Source of the DNA: Candidatus Latescibacterota bacterium
GTDB taxonomy: Bacteria > Latescibacterota > UBA2968 > UBA8231
DNA: 64,000 nt
Direction of reading: 5' to 3'
NCBI GenBank assembly: GCA_965208105.1
Contig: OZ242318.1
Location: forward strand, 2,688,001 to 2,752,000
Of this stretch, positions 1-11,939 are shown one piece after another. The notes below the pieces were generated by a model. That model searched no databases, had not been told where the DNA came from, and saw only the letters and a program-made list of their open reading frames with translations. The position numbers were made by a program, and so were the translations under genes. Numbering within the stretch: the first letter of the stretch is position 1; every line of letters begins with the position of its first letter.

Positions 1-308
1 GTATTCCGCCTGGAGGCCCGGTCTTCGCGCTCCCAGGAGGTTTGCAGGCGGCTTGAAGAGCGAGTCTCGACCACGGCGGCGGTCAGAAAGCCGGTGGCTG
101 CCGCGCCGAAGCCGAGGGCCTTCCATGGCTTCCCGTTGTAGTTCTGGCCCCAGCCAGGCAAAACGGCTGATCGCAGCATGGCGCGGTGGGGATCAGGCCG
201 CCGCAGACTATCCCCGGCCGCCGGCTCGGAGCCCGGTTGCGCCGCAGCGATGCAGACCGGCGTGAGAAGAAGGGCCGACAGAGCCGGCAGCAGCGAGCAC
301 CGCCCCAT
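1..308 (-). CDS. DUF5683-like membrane protein, partial (runs off window start)
   Basis: Manual translation from ATG at 308: MGRCSLLPALS...AMLRSAVLPGWGQNYNGKPWKALGF, containing the SAVLPGWGQxYN motif; no stop before position 1. Confidence 0.6.
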   Translation of the reverse strand, partial: MGRCSLLPALSALLLTPVCIAAAQPGSEPAAGDSLRRPDPHRAMLRSAVLPGWGQNYNGKPWKALGFGAAATGFLTAAVVETRSSSRLQTSWEREDRASRRN

Positions 309-324
309 CGGCCGCGCGATGCTT

Positions 325-1266
325 TCAGCGCAACGGGCACCCGAGCCGGATGCCTTCCTCGATTTGATAGCCAAGTACGAATGCCTTTCCTTCCATTCTG
401 GACTTTCCCGGCGGCTGTACTTCGGTGAGAAGCAAGGCCCCGTCTCCAGCCCGCACCACCAGGCCCTGGCGCGAGTCTGCCCTGAGTACCGTGCCGGGCT
501 CGCCCTCCAGACTGGAATCCAGCCTCAGGGCGCGGTGCACTTTCAGCAGACCCGTACCCCATTCAGTGAAAGCCCCCGGCACGGGATTCGCGCCTCGGAT
601 AAGGTTGCGCACGACCTCGGCCGGCTGGCTCCAGTCGATGCGGCCGTCTTCCTTGCCCACCTTGGGAGCCCAGCTTACTCCCGACCGGGGCTGCGGCCTG
701 GGATTCAGAGTACCCTGTTGGAGTCCATCCACGGATTTCACCAGCAGGTCGGCTCCCAGGTCCTGCAGGCGCCCCTCCAGCTCACCCGCGGTTTCCTCCG
801 GGCCTATGGCAACACTCTGCTGCATGAGGATGTCCCCCGCGTCCAGCCGCGCGTCGATCAGAATGGTAGTTATCCCGGTCGTTCGTTCGCCGTTGACCAG
901 CGCCCGGATGATCGGGGCCGCTCCACGGTAGGCCGGCAGCAACGAAGGGTGCAGGTTGAGCGCGCCAAGGGCGGGGATTTCAAGCAGTTGGGGTGGCAAT
1001 ATGGAGAAGGCCACGACCACGAAGAGGTCGGGCTCGTATGCGGCCAGCCGCGCTGCCAGCCCGGGATCACTCAGATTTTTTGCCTGGAGTAGCTCGAGGC
1101 CGAATTCGCGCGCGCTCAGGGCGACCGGAGGAGGGGTCGGCCTGCGCCCGCGCCCGCGGGGTCGGTCGGGATTGGTCAGAACTGCCGAGATCTCGTGCGC
1201 GCTGGCAGCCAGCCGCTGCAGGGAGGGAACAGCAAAATCCGGCGTGCCCATGAAAACCAGCTTCAT
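325..1266 (-). CDS. fmt: methionyl-tRNA formyltransferase
   Basis: MKLVFMGTPDFAVPSL N-terminus; NLHPSLLPAYRGAAPI motif. Confidence 0.97.
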   Translation of the reverse strand: MKLVFMGTPDFAVPSLQRLAASAHEISAVLTNPDRPRGRGRRPTPPPVALSAREFGLELLQAKNLSDPGLAARLAAYEPDLFVVVAFSILPPQLLEIPALGALNLHPSLLPAYRGAAPIIRALVNGERTTGITTILIDARLDAGDILMQQSVAIGPEETAGELEGRLQDLGADLLVKSVDGLQQGTLNPRPQPRSGVSWAPKVGKEDGRIDWSQPAEVVRNLIRGANPVPGAFTEWGTGLLKVHRALRLDSSLEGEPGTVLRADSRQGLVVRAGDGALLLTEVQPPGKSRMEGKAFVLGYQIEEGIRLGCPLR

Positions 1267-1281
1267 CCTGCCGCCAGTTGC

Positions 1282-1614
1282 TCACTTGTTTTGGGCGCCG
1301 GATCTAACCCGCGAAACCGCGGAGCGCGAAAGCTCGATCCTCACGTTTTCGGCGATTTTTACTACGATGACGTCGTCTTTGAGGTTGGTGATGATGCCGT
1401 GAATACCGCCGCTCGTGACGATGGCGTCGCCCTTCTGCAACTCGTCGATCATCTTCTGCTGGTTCTTCTGCTTCCTCATCTGGGGGCGCAGAATGAACAG
1501 GTACAGGACCAGGAACATGAGGACGAAGGGGAGCAGCGAAGCAATGGGGCTTGCGCCTCCCCCCTCTCCGGGAGACGAGCCCATGGCATGTGCCGCGTCG
1601 ATAAGATTGAACAA
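1282..1614 (-). CDS. yajC: preprotein translocase subunit YajC
   Basis: TM helix followed by ILRPQ..QK and GDAIVTSGGIHG; adjacent to tgt. Confidence 0.95.
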   Translation of the reverse strand: MFNLIDAAHAMGSSPGEGGGASPIASLLPFVLMFLVLYLFILRPQMRKQKNQQKMIDELQKGDAIVTSGGIHGIITNLKDDVIVVKIAENVRIELSRSAVSRVRSGAQNK

Positions 1615-1674
1615 GGCATGATCCTTTCTGTGGGCGGGGGACTGGATTGGACTATGCAGGAAATTTAGGAAAAA

Positions 1675-4033
<2,359 letters not shown>

Positions 4034-4092
4034 TGGAAATCTTCGGAGAAATTGAACTCAATTCTGAAGGGTATCCGAAACCACCGGACAAA

Positions 4093-4767
4093 TCACCAGT
4101 TGTGAGTTCTGTGATGGTTCTTTGCAGCCCCCCAGGAGATTGAAGGGGACATTGGCTTGGCCCCTCCCTGGAACCCGCCGCAGTCCCCGCTCAGGGGATC
4201 GTCGATCCAGCGGATCATCTTCCAGAGACCATCTTCGGCCAGGCGCAGCTTGTAGTTCATGATCTGGTCGACGTCGAAGCCGTCGCCGTTTTCGTCGAGC
4301 AGGGTCATGATTACCCTGCCGCGGAATACCTCCCAGTCCTCGTCCGGGTGTCCGTCTGGATCATCCTCGTGCTGTTTGGGGTACTCCGGTCCAAGTTCGC
4401 GGCTGCGCTTGATGGGCTTGAACTCGAAGTCGAAGGTGACGAATATGTCGAAAATTCCGGGTTTGTCACTATCGCGGCTTCCACCCATTATCTCCAGTTC
4501 TTCCTCTTTTCCGTTCTCCAGGACGATATCTCCCTGGCAGTCCTCCTCGGTGAACCAGAAATCCTCGTCCAGCAGCGTTTCGTACAGATCCTTGTCGCGG
4601 TCGCGCATGGCCCGGTTCAGGTTGTCCATGAGGATCTCGGGGGTCTCGGTCGAGGGCGCCGGAGGCTTTGTAATGCCTGTCGAAGTGTGCTTTTTCGGGG
4701 CGAAGGGGTTGGAGCATGCGCACAGGACCAGGAAAGAGAGGAGAATTTGTAAAACGATGAATTTCAT
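4093..4767 (-). CDS. hypothetical lipoprotein
   Basis: MKFIVLQILLSFLVLCAC signal peptide with lipobox; acidic mature domain. Confidence 0.7.
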   Translation of the reverse strand: MKFIVLQILLSFLVLCACSNPFAPKKHTSTGITKPPAPSTETPEILMDNLNRAMRDRDKDLYETLLDEDFWFTEEDCQGDIVLENGKEEELEIMGGSRDSDKPGIFDIFVTFDFEFKPIKRSRELGPEYPKQHEDDPDGHPDEDWEVFRGRVIMTLLDENGDGFDVDQIMNYKLRLAEDGLWKMIRWIDDPLSGDCGGFQGGAKPMSPSISWGAAKNHHRTHNW

Positions 4768-4784
4768 GATGCTCAGCTCTTCCC

Positions 4785-5543
4785 CTAATGGCCAAACTCT
4801 GCCCGGAGTTCGCCCCAGGAGCGCTTGGCCGGTGCGGCATCGCGCTGGTCCTGCCAGCGCTGTATCGCCCACACCGGGTTTTCCACCGTCGGGGTTACCA
4901 GATCCACCGCCATCCGGCCTTTGATCGAGATGATTCCGCCAGGCTCCCCCGTGTCCAACAGCTCGGGGAAATCGACTTCATACGGGAATACATAGGTTTC
5001 GAGCAACCCTTCCTCGGTGAGAATTCTTTCGTCCTTCGACGCTTCGTACCAACGGTGGAAGCGGATGGCATCGACGCTTCGAGGATCGAGCAGCGCAAGT
5101 ACGAAGCGGCGTTCCTGCTCGCGTGTCCACAGGGTATCGCGGTTGGCATTGTAGACTTCGGGATGCAGCTGGATGTCCTGGGCGTCCGGCAAAAAGAAAA
5201 AGTCCTCGCTGAGCTGGTCCATGTACTGGTTCGGACTGCGGGCTTGGGGCCGGGCTTCGAAGACTATCCGGACGTTGGCCAGAACGTTTTCCGGGCGCGT
5301 CGGCTCCAACAGCAAGAGACGTTCTCCGCTGGGACAATCCGGCGTCTGGACGGAAAAGGGATTGCCTCCGGAGGTCCTCTCCACTGGGATTTCGGCGCCG
5401 CGGCAATGGGGAAAAAGGTTCGGGTCGGTGTCCTCCGTGCAACGGCAATCCGCCTGGACGCCGTCGTCCAGGCCGCAGCCGGCAAAGGCCATGGCCCACC
5501 CGATGACCAATGGAGCTGAGAGGAGGTGCGACCGGACACCCAT
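4785..5543 (-). CDS. hypothetical lipoprotein, probable paralogue of 4093-4767
   Basis: Start at MGVRSHLLSAPLVIGWAMAFAGC (lipobox); shares PE..N, Y...L.EDF.F and W...RW.D motifs with its neighbour. Confidence 0.65.
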   Translation of the reverse strand: MGVRSHLLSAPLVIGWAMAFAGCGLDDGVQADCRCTEDTDPNLFPHCRGAEIPVERTSGGNPFSVQTPDCPSGERLLLLEPTRPENVLANVRIVFEARPQARSPNQYMDQLSEDFFFLPDAQDIQLHPEVYNANRDTLWTREQERRFVLALLDPRSVDAIRFHRWYEASKDERILTEEGLLETYVFPYEVDFPELLDTGEPGGIISIKGRMAVDLVTPTVENPVWAIQRWQDQRDAAPAKRSWGELRAEFGH

Positions 5544-5551
5544 TTCCCATT

Positions 5552-6529
5552 TCAGAATCTGAATGGAACCGGAGTAAAGCAAAGAGCGAAGACAGCCAGG
5601 CAAAGGTAGCCGAGGCGTCGGCGTCGGGGGTCGAGGGGAGTGCCGGGATCGCGCGTCGATGGATGGTCCCTGCCCAGCAACAGGAGCAGGAAAGCCAGCG
5701 CCAGCCAAACGGGCGATCCCTGCAGGCCGCCCCACAAAGGTGATAAAATATTGAATAGTCCCAGACCCAACAAGGCGGCAAAAGTGAGGCGTCCGATGAG
5801 GCGGTGGCGGCGCCCGAAGAGGGCGTAGACGATATGACCGCCGTCGAGCTGCCCGACGGGAAAGAGATTGAATGCAGTGATGAAAAGGCCGACCCAGCCG
5901 GCAAATGCCACGGGACTCAGCAGCACCATCTGGTCGGGAACGACCTCCGGCAGGAAGAGGGCGGACAGCCCCCTGAAGATGAGGGGAGCTCCCAGTTGGA
6001 TCGGCTCCCAGTGGAAGTATCTCTCCTGGACGAGGGTTGACTGAGGAAGGCCGATCACGCAGGCAGCCAGGGCAATGACGAGGCCGGCCAGGGGGCCGGC
6101 GGCGCCGATGTCGAGCAATGCCCTGTTGTTCGGAATCGGGGAGCGAATTTTGATGACCGCTCCCAGGGTTCCGAGAAACGAGAAGTAGGGCAAGGGTATG
6201 AAATAGGGCAGGGAGGCCCTGACGCCCCATCTGCGGGCGGCAAAGTAATGACCGAACTCGTGAGCCGTGAGCACGCCGAGCAATGTCGCCGCAAAGGGAA
6301 TGCCCTCGACCAGGTGGGGAAGCGAAGCCATGCCTGCAAATACATTGGCACCCTGCTGCATGGCTCCGGCTGCGACCATGGAGAAGAGGGTCAGCACGAA
6401 GAGAACGACGTGCTTCCAGGGCCGGCTCCCGCCGCTGGCGGGCGGCTTGCCCCGGGACCTGACAGCGGATGCAATCTCTGCCTGGACGGACCCCAAAATA
6501 GCAGGCCGGTCCTTGCGCCATGGATTCAA
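5552..6529 (-). CDS. site-2 protease (peptidase M50) family membrane protein
   Basis: AHEFGH, AGPLAG and NLFPVGQLDGGH motifs; multiple TM helices. Confidence 0.92.
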   Translation of the reverse strand: MNPWRKDRPAILGSVQAEIASAVRSRGKPPASGGSRPWKHVVLFVLTLFSMVAAGAMQQGANVFAGMASLPHLVEGIPFAATLLGVLTAHEFGHYFAARRWGVRASLPYFIPLPYFSFLGTLGAVIKIRSPIPNNRALLDIGAAGPLAGLVIALAACVIGLPQSTLVQERYFHWEPIQLGAPLIFRGLSALFLPEVVPDQMVLLSPVAFAGWVGLFITAFNLFPVGQLDGGHIVYALFGRRHRLIGRLTFAALLGLGLFNILSPLWGGLQGSPVWLALAFLLLLLGRDHPSTRDPGTPLDPRRRRLGYLCLAVFALCFTPVPFRF

Positions 6530-6535
6530 GGAATC

Positions 6536-7483
6536 TCAACCTCCCCGGTGCAACTGCAGCGCGAAGCGGTGAGCTTCGCCCAGGGCCGATTTGAAAGGGG
6601 GGATGAAGGCGTATTCCAGAGTCCAGTTACTGGACCTGAGACCCATCCCCAGGGTCAGTTTCCGGTGGTGGGTGTTTTGATATCCCGCCCGCAGCACCAG
6701 GCGGGATCCGAGGGCAGTCTCGCCTCCCATGTGCAGGGTGGTCGGACGACCGGCGGCGCGATGGGTTGCTACGCTGAGGAGGATTGGGCCGAATCCGGCA
6801 TAGGTCAAGCCCAGGCGCCCCTGCATCGGGAGCCTGGTCGCCGTTCGATTCAGCTCGCTCATGCGTCCGAGGTTCCGCAGCGCAACTCCCGCGCGCATAT
6901 GGGGAAGGAAGGTGTACAGCAGGCCGAAATCCACGGCCGCACCAGTGGCTGTGCTGGTAAAGACACTCTCGCGGATCAGCTTGAAGTTGGCCCCCAGGCG
7001 CAGCTTTTTATTCCAGGCCCGGGCGTAGGCCATATTGATCACCCCGTTGTAGACGCCGAACCTTCCCAGGGGCCGGGCGCTCGGACCGGTGCGATGCTCG
7101 AGACCCTCCGCCTGTGAAACCTGGGCGGAAAATCCCACCACCCCGCGCCTGGAAACAAGAACCAGGGAGAAATGATCGTGACGAATGCCCTGGAAAAACT
7201 CGCTGTGAGTAAGCCCCACGCTTCCCCGGCCCCGGCCCTGCAAGGCCGCCGGGTTGTAGCTGATCGCCTCCATGTCCGGCAGCGCCGTCGAGGCTTCGGC
7301 CATGGCCGCGTTCCGCGCTCCGGAGCTGAGCAGCAAAAAGGGCAGGCCGCTGCCGATGGCCGAGCTCTGGACCGGCAGCCCCAGCATAGCGAGGGCAATC
7401 AGAAGGCATCCAGCTCCCGTGCTGGAACGCGCATTCAGTTTTGTATTCCTCCGGGCGCAGCCCTTTGGTTTTTCGCAGTCCAA
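6536..7483 (-). CDS. PorV/PorQ-family outer-membrane beta-barrel
   Basis: FLLLSSGARNAAMAEA..A...D..AISYNPAAL signature; C-terminal LGEAHRFAL. Confidence 0.8.
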   Translation of the reverse strand: MDCEKPKGCARRNTKLNARSSTGAGCLLIALAMLGLPVQSSAIGSGLPFLLLSSGARNAAMAEASTALPDMEAISYNPAALQGRGRGSVGLTHSEFFQGIRHDHFSLVLVSRRGVVGFSAQVSQAEGLEHRTGPSARPLGRFGVYNGVINMAYARAWNKKLRLGANFKLIRESVFTSTATGAAVDFGLLYTFLPHMRAGVALRNLGRMSELNRTATRLPMQGRLGLTYAGFGPILLSVATHRAAGRPTTLHMGGETALGSRLVLRAGYQNTHHRKLTLGMGLRSSNWTLEYAFIPPFKSALGEAHRFALQLHRGG

Positions 7484-7491
7484 TGGTTACC

Positions 7492-8448
7492 TCAAAAATT
7501 GGAAGTAAGGCCGAATATGCTGCCACCGCCGGCGCCCAGTTCTTCGGTGGCATAGGTGTAGTGAAACTGGAGCTTCTCCCGCCGCATGGGGCGCAGGGTC
7601 AGGCCCGTCGTGATCGAGCCCACCCCGCGGTCCGATCCCGGCACCCGGTGGAGACCGCCGCGCAAGGTCAGGGAGGAGTTGACTTCCCACTCCGTCCCCA
7701 GGTCGAGGTAGGCAGCGTCTCCAAAGTGGAGGTCGGCGGCCAGCAGCAGACTTTCCCGGAGGCGATGGGCAACCCCCACGGCAAACGTGGTCGCAAGGGG
7801 GTCATTGCTGGTGCTGACTCGCTGCCCGCCGCGGGGGACCTTCCAGCTCAACTCGGCGTTCAGGTTGCGCGCGGTGGCGGCCAGGATGGTCCGCCGGGTC
7901 AGGTGGATCTGCGTGCCCAGGTCAAATCCGTGGCCCTTGCCGGAGGCATCCTTGACGAAGGATGGGACCTTGACCCTGTGGCTGATAATCTTCATGGCTC
8001 CGCCCACCGCGATGCGGCCGCCCAGGCGCCTGCCCACCGCAACGTGGAAGGCATTCTCCAGGTTGTCCATCTCGCCGATGATGACGCCGCTGGCTGCCCT
8101 TTCCTCCAGTCCCCCCACACTGGCGTGCAACCAGGTGAAACCAAAGGCCAGCTCTCCGCGCAGGTTCAGGGTGCCGGAGATGCTGCTCTGGCGGCGGTCA
8201 AGGGAGAGGGGGCTGATCGACGTGGATAGGCCCCTGCTCCCCGTGCGGACCAGACCGGCGGGGTTCCAGTAGGGAGCGGAAGCGTCGTCGGCGACAGCGG
8301 CGAAGGCGTTGCCCATGCCGCGCCCGCGGGCACCCACGCCGGTCTCCAGAAAGGCGGCGGCGAAGCCGTCAGCGTGGGACGAAGCCGTGGAAAGCAGGCA
8401 GAATACCGAGGCGGTGAACTTCGCCCGCATGCGGGAAGATTTTTTCAA
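7492..8448 (-). CDS. PorV/PorQ-family outer-membrane beta-barrel
   Basis: FLETGVGARGRGMGNAFAAVADDASAPYWNPAGL signature; C-terminal Phe. Confidence 0.82.
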   Translation of the reverse strand: MKKSSRMRAKFTASVFCLLSTASSHADGFAAAFLETGVGARGRGMGNAFAAVADDASAPYWNPAGLVRTGSRGLSTSISPLSLDRRQSSISGTLNLRGELAFGFTWLHASVGGLEERAASGVIIGEMDNLENAFHVAVGRRLGGRIAVGGAMKIISHRVKVPSFVKDASGKGHGFDLGTQIHLTRRTILAATARNLNAELSWKVPRGGQRVSTSNDPLATTFAVGVAHRLRESLLLAADLHFGDAAYLDLGTEWEVNSSLTLRGGLHRVPGSDRGVGSITTGLTLRPMRREKLQFHYTYATEELGAGGGSIFGLTSNF

Positions 8449-10202
8449 TCCAGGACCACCACTTTCCCGAAGGCCTGTTTTCCGCCGCCCAGCTCGACCC
8501 GGTAGAAGTAGACCCCGTTGGCCACGGCGGCGCCGTCGTCGCCGCGGCCGTCCCAGTTCTCCCCGTGGTTGCGCTGCCCCTGGCGCTCCTCTGCGTCGAT
8601 CAGCGTGCGCACCAGGCGGCTGGCGAAGTCGTAGATCTTTATGGTGACCTGGTCGCCCTGGGCCATGCTGTAGTGGATGCGGGTCTGCTCGTCCTGCCTT
8701 GGAGCAAAGGGGTTTGGAGCGGCATAGGTGCGAACCCGGCCGCCCAGGGTGTAGAGGCTGTCGAGGGCATTGCCCCCGCCGATGAACCCGCCGGTATCGA
8801 TGGACAGGGTCTTAACCGGGGACTTGACGATCCTCCAGCTGACACCTTCGTCGGTACTGCGGCCCATCCCGGTCTCTGCCCCCGCCCACAGGAGCTCGTC
8901 CACCGTCTCCAGACCGACGAAGACGCCGCTGAGGCGGTCGCGGCTGACGGAGTCTTCGACCAGGACGTTCGACCAGGTTCGGCCCTGGTCCATGCTTGCA
9001 TACAATCCCTGGTTGGTGGCCGCCCACACCGCATTGTCGGTAAAGGCGAAATCCCACGCATAGGCCGAGTCCGTGCTCCCCTCGAGGACCGGGCCGACGA
9101 TCTCCCAGGTTTCGCCGTGGTCGCGGCTGAAGCTGATGGAGTTGATCTGGCCCGGGACCATGACCCGGTCGGTGACCTGCGCGCCGGCCCAGATCACGGT
9201 GCCGCCGTCCGGGAGGACCTGGCGGTCGAGGCTCACCACCCAGTTGGCCCCGATATTTCCAGGAATCGGGCTTCCTTCCTCGTCGAGGCGGACCTTGATG
9301 TTTTTCCAGGTGGCGCCGCCGTCGAAGCTGCGGGCGATGCCGCTGGATGTGCCGATCCAGACCGTGTCGCCGTAGGCCAGGACCGCGAAGGTGCGGTGGA
9401 GCAGCTCCTGGTTTCGCAGGCTGTCGCTGGCGGCGCGCAGGCTTTTGACCTCTTCTCCTGGCCCCCCAGCCTGCTCCAGGCTGTCGGCCCGGGCGGCGAC
9501 GACGACCGCCTCGGTTTCGTCGTCATCAAAGATTATTTCGCCGGCGCCGTCGGGAAGGACGCGCTCCCAGGTTCGGCCTGCGTCCGCGGAGCGAACTGAA
9601 GAACCGGAAAAGAAGGCAGCCCAGACCACGTCGCCCACCAGGGCCAGGCCGAAGCAGGCATTGTTGATTTCCGTAGTGGGCCCCCTGCCGAAGCCCGCTC
9701 TGGTGATGTCAAAGATGGCAGAGTTGGGGACGTGCTGCCAGGTGGCGCCGCTGTCGAAGGAGAAACTCAGGCCGCCGCTCACCTGCTTCTTTCCGATACT
9801 GGAAATGGTGGTATCGAAGAGGGTGGCGACCCAGACCGTGTCGCCCACCGCGTCCAGGGCGCTGACCGCTCCCCGGCCCAGGCCATTGGCCTCGGTGAAG
9901 GTCACCCAGTGGGCTCCTTCGAGACCGCTGGCCCGGTTGGGATCGAGGCGGGCCAGGCCGTTCTCGGTGCCCACCCACAAGTAGCGCCCGCTCCACTTCA
10001 TATCGCCGATGTCGGTGCCGATCAGTCCCGCGAATGGCTCCGCCGTTTCCCCGTCCTGGGAAAAGCGCAGTGGAACGGCGGCTTCCGCGCCGGTGGTCAG
10101 CCGGGGAGTGCCCGATGCACAGCACAGCAGGGCAGCCGCGGCGAGAAAGAACCGGAGGATGCCCCCGGGATTGAAATCACGGGTGCGGAAGTAAAGCTTC
10201 AT
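8445..10202 (-). CDS. secreted BNR/Asp-box beta-propeller protein with C-terminal FlgD-Ig/T9SS-like sorting domain
   Basis: Repeated SxDxGxTW Asp-boxes; C-terminal YAAPNPF...WDGR...GVYFYRV; start MKLYF at 10202 approximate. Confidence 0.8.
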   Translation of the reverse strand: MKLYFRTRDFNPGGILRFFLAAAALLCCASGTPRLTTGAEAAVPLRFSQDGETAEPFAGLIGTDIGDMKWSGRYLWVGTENGLARLDPNRASGLEGAHWVTFTEANGLGRGAVSALDAVGDTVWVATLFDTTISSIGKKQVSGGLSFSFDSGATWQHVPNSAIFDITRAGFGRGPTTEINNACFGLALVGDVVWAAFFSGSSVRSADAGRTWERVLPDGAGEIIFDDDETEAVVVAARADSLEQAGGPGEEVKSLRAASDSLRNQELLHRTFAVLAYGDTVWIGTSSGIARSFDGGATWKNIKVRLDEEGSPIPGNIGANWVVSLDRQVLPDGGTVIWAGAQVTDRVMVPGQINSISFSRDHGETWEIVGPVLEGSTDSAYAWDFAFTDNAVWAATNQGLYASMDQGRTWSNVLVEDSVSRDRLSGVFVGLETVDELLWAGAETGMGRSTDEGVSWRIVKSPVKTLSIDTGGFIGGGNALDSLYTLGGRVRTYAAPNPFAPRQDEQTRIHYSMAQGDQVTIKIYDFASRLVRTLIDAEERQGQRNHGENWDGRGDDGAAVANGVYFYRVELGGGKQAFGKVVVLD

Positions 10203-10248
10203 CAAGCTGAGCTGGGTTCTGAAATCAAGGAGAAAGGGGTCACGCAAT

Positions 10249-11076
10249 TCAGGAGTATATCGCCGCGCGGGCGCGCATTGCTTCAATGGCTTCGTAGCCG
10301 ATTCCGTAATCGCCGATGCGCGCCCCCTCGACATCGCCGTGGCTGTCGGACCCGCCGGACTTGAGCAAGCCGTAGCGGTTGGCGATCTGGGTATAGTAGT
10401 CGATCTGGGTGCGTTGGTGGCTGGGGTGGAAGACCTCGATGCCATCCAGGCCGCCGTCCACCAGCTCGGCGAGCAAGGGCTCCGGCAGATTGGCTCCGGG
10501 GTGGGCAAGGAACGTGACCCCTCCGATCTGGTGAACCAACTCGATTACTCCCTGCGCCGCAGTGTAGGGCTTGGGAACAAAGGCCGGGGCGCGGTTCCCA
10601 AGATAGCGATCGAAGGCCTCTTCCTTGCTGGTCACGAGGCCGCGATTTACCATGGTTGCGGCGATGTGCGGCCTGCCCAGGGGACTGGCGCCGGCCTCCC
10701 CGAGAACCTCCTCCAAGGTCATCTCCACGCCCAGGCTGTTCAGACGCTCCACTATGGAACTTCCGCGCTCGTGACGATGGCGGTGCAGGAAACCCAGGTG
10801 GTCGGCCAGCCGGGGGTTTTTCCACTCGAAGCAGTAGGCCAGGATATGGACCTCGCGCTCCCTGACGTGGGCACTGAGCTCGGTGCCGGGAACGACCTCG
10901 ATGTTCCGCCTGCGGCCGGTTTCCACCGCCTCGTCGATGCCGGCAACGGTGTCGTGGTCGGTGAGGCTCAAGGCCTGCAGGCCCGCGCCGTGGGCTTCCT
11001 CGACGGCCTGGGAAGGTGTTCGCAGGCCGTCCGAGCAAAACGAATGGATGTGAAGGTCGGCCAGGTTGTAGCGCAC
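10249..11076 (-). CDS. PHP-domain phosphoesterase (TrpH/YciV-like)
   Basis: ADLHIHSFCSDG, LTDHDT, EVHILAY, GRPHIA and GGSDSHG motifs; start approximate. Confidence 0.9.
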   Translation of the reverse strand: MRYNLADLHIHSFCSDGLRTPSQAVEEAHGAGLQALSLTDHDTVAGIDEAVETGRRRNIEVVPGTELSAHVREREVHILAYCFEWKNPRLADHLGFLHRHRHERGSSIVERLNSLGVEMTLEEVLGEAGASPLGRPHIAATMVNRGLVTSKEEAFDRYLGNRAPAFVPKPYTAAQGVIELVHQIGGVTFLAHPGANLPEPLLAELVDGGLDGIEVFHPSHQRTQIDYYTQIANRYGLLKSGGSDSHGDVEGARIGDYGIGYEAIEAMRARAAIYS

Positions 11077-11364
11077 GAATCGCCTTTGCAGCTCGGGATA
11101 TGGCCGCTCTTCGGTTTGCGGCTGTATATCCCAGAAAAACCATTGGATTACGAAATGCAAAAATAAGCACAAAACCCCTTTATCGCCACTTCACCCGCCA
11201 GTGCAAACCGTTCCGGAGATTTCCGGCCCCATATAACCCCGATTCTACATGACGGTGTTTCAAATTGCCGCCGCTGCCGTCTTCTTCAAGATCGAACATT
11301 GCCAGGGGGCACCCGGCCGGGAGTATTCTTCCCTGCCATCCAGATCAAATTCCGGCTCCCTGGA

Positions 11365-11643
11365 TCAGATGTAATTCAATCCCAGCTCCGCCACCAGTTC
11401 CCGGGTTGATTCGTCGAGAAGCGAGCAGATCAGGGTGACTCCCAGCTCGTTCTCCAGCCTGGCGGCAAAATTCTGCTGTTCGTCCCTGTAGTTGAGACGC
11501 TGAAAGCCGAGAACAGTTTCCTTGAAATCATTCGGCCGCTCATAGAGCAATAGCTGTGCCATTTCCGGCTGGTTCAGGGCGTCGGCGACGAACTCCTGGC
11601 CGAAAATCTCTTCGAGGGCTGTGCGAAGCTGGCGATGGAGCAT
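11365..11643 (-). CDS. small hypothetical protein
   Basis: MLHRQLRTALEEIFGQEF... has protein-like composition and is co-oriented with neighbours. Confidence 0.55.
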   Translation of the reverse strand: MLHRQLRTALEEIFGQEFVADALNQPEMAQLLLYERPNDFKETVLGFQRLNYRDEQQNFAARLENELGVTLICSLLDESTRELVAELGLNYI

Positions 11644-11939
11644 CAGAAAGGATAGACCTCGTCCAGTTGTTTGATCAGGCGGGGCTGTTGGCGGCACCCC
11701 GCCCCATGGTCGATGACGACGGCAATGGCGGTGCGGTGGCGCCACAGGGCCACCACCAGGCCCGGGTCAATGGGCAACTGCCGCATTTCCAGGCGAAAAA
11801 TGATGAAGGCGCCTATCAGATTCTTGAGCATGGCCGAGATTCCCTTCAGGACCTGGAGATGGGCAGCCGGCTGGGCAGGGCTCGTCCCGGACAGCCTCTC
11901 CGCGTCGTATTGTTGCCCGCCGGACCGCCGGCGGCCTCT

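Noticed and set aside
4785-6539. 584-aa ORF as a single gene
   Set aside because: Its N-terminal part overlaps the M50 protease gene in another frame; only the part from 5543, which starts with a lipobox, looks coding.
11643-11831. 62-aa ORF between purC and the small hypothetical gene
   Set aside because: Codon pattern is plausible, but there is no recognisable motif or clear start; not enough support to list as a feature.
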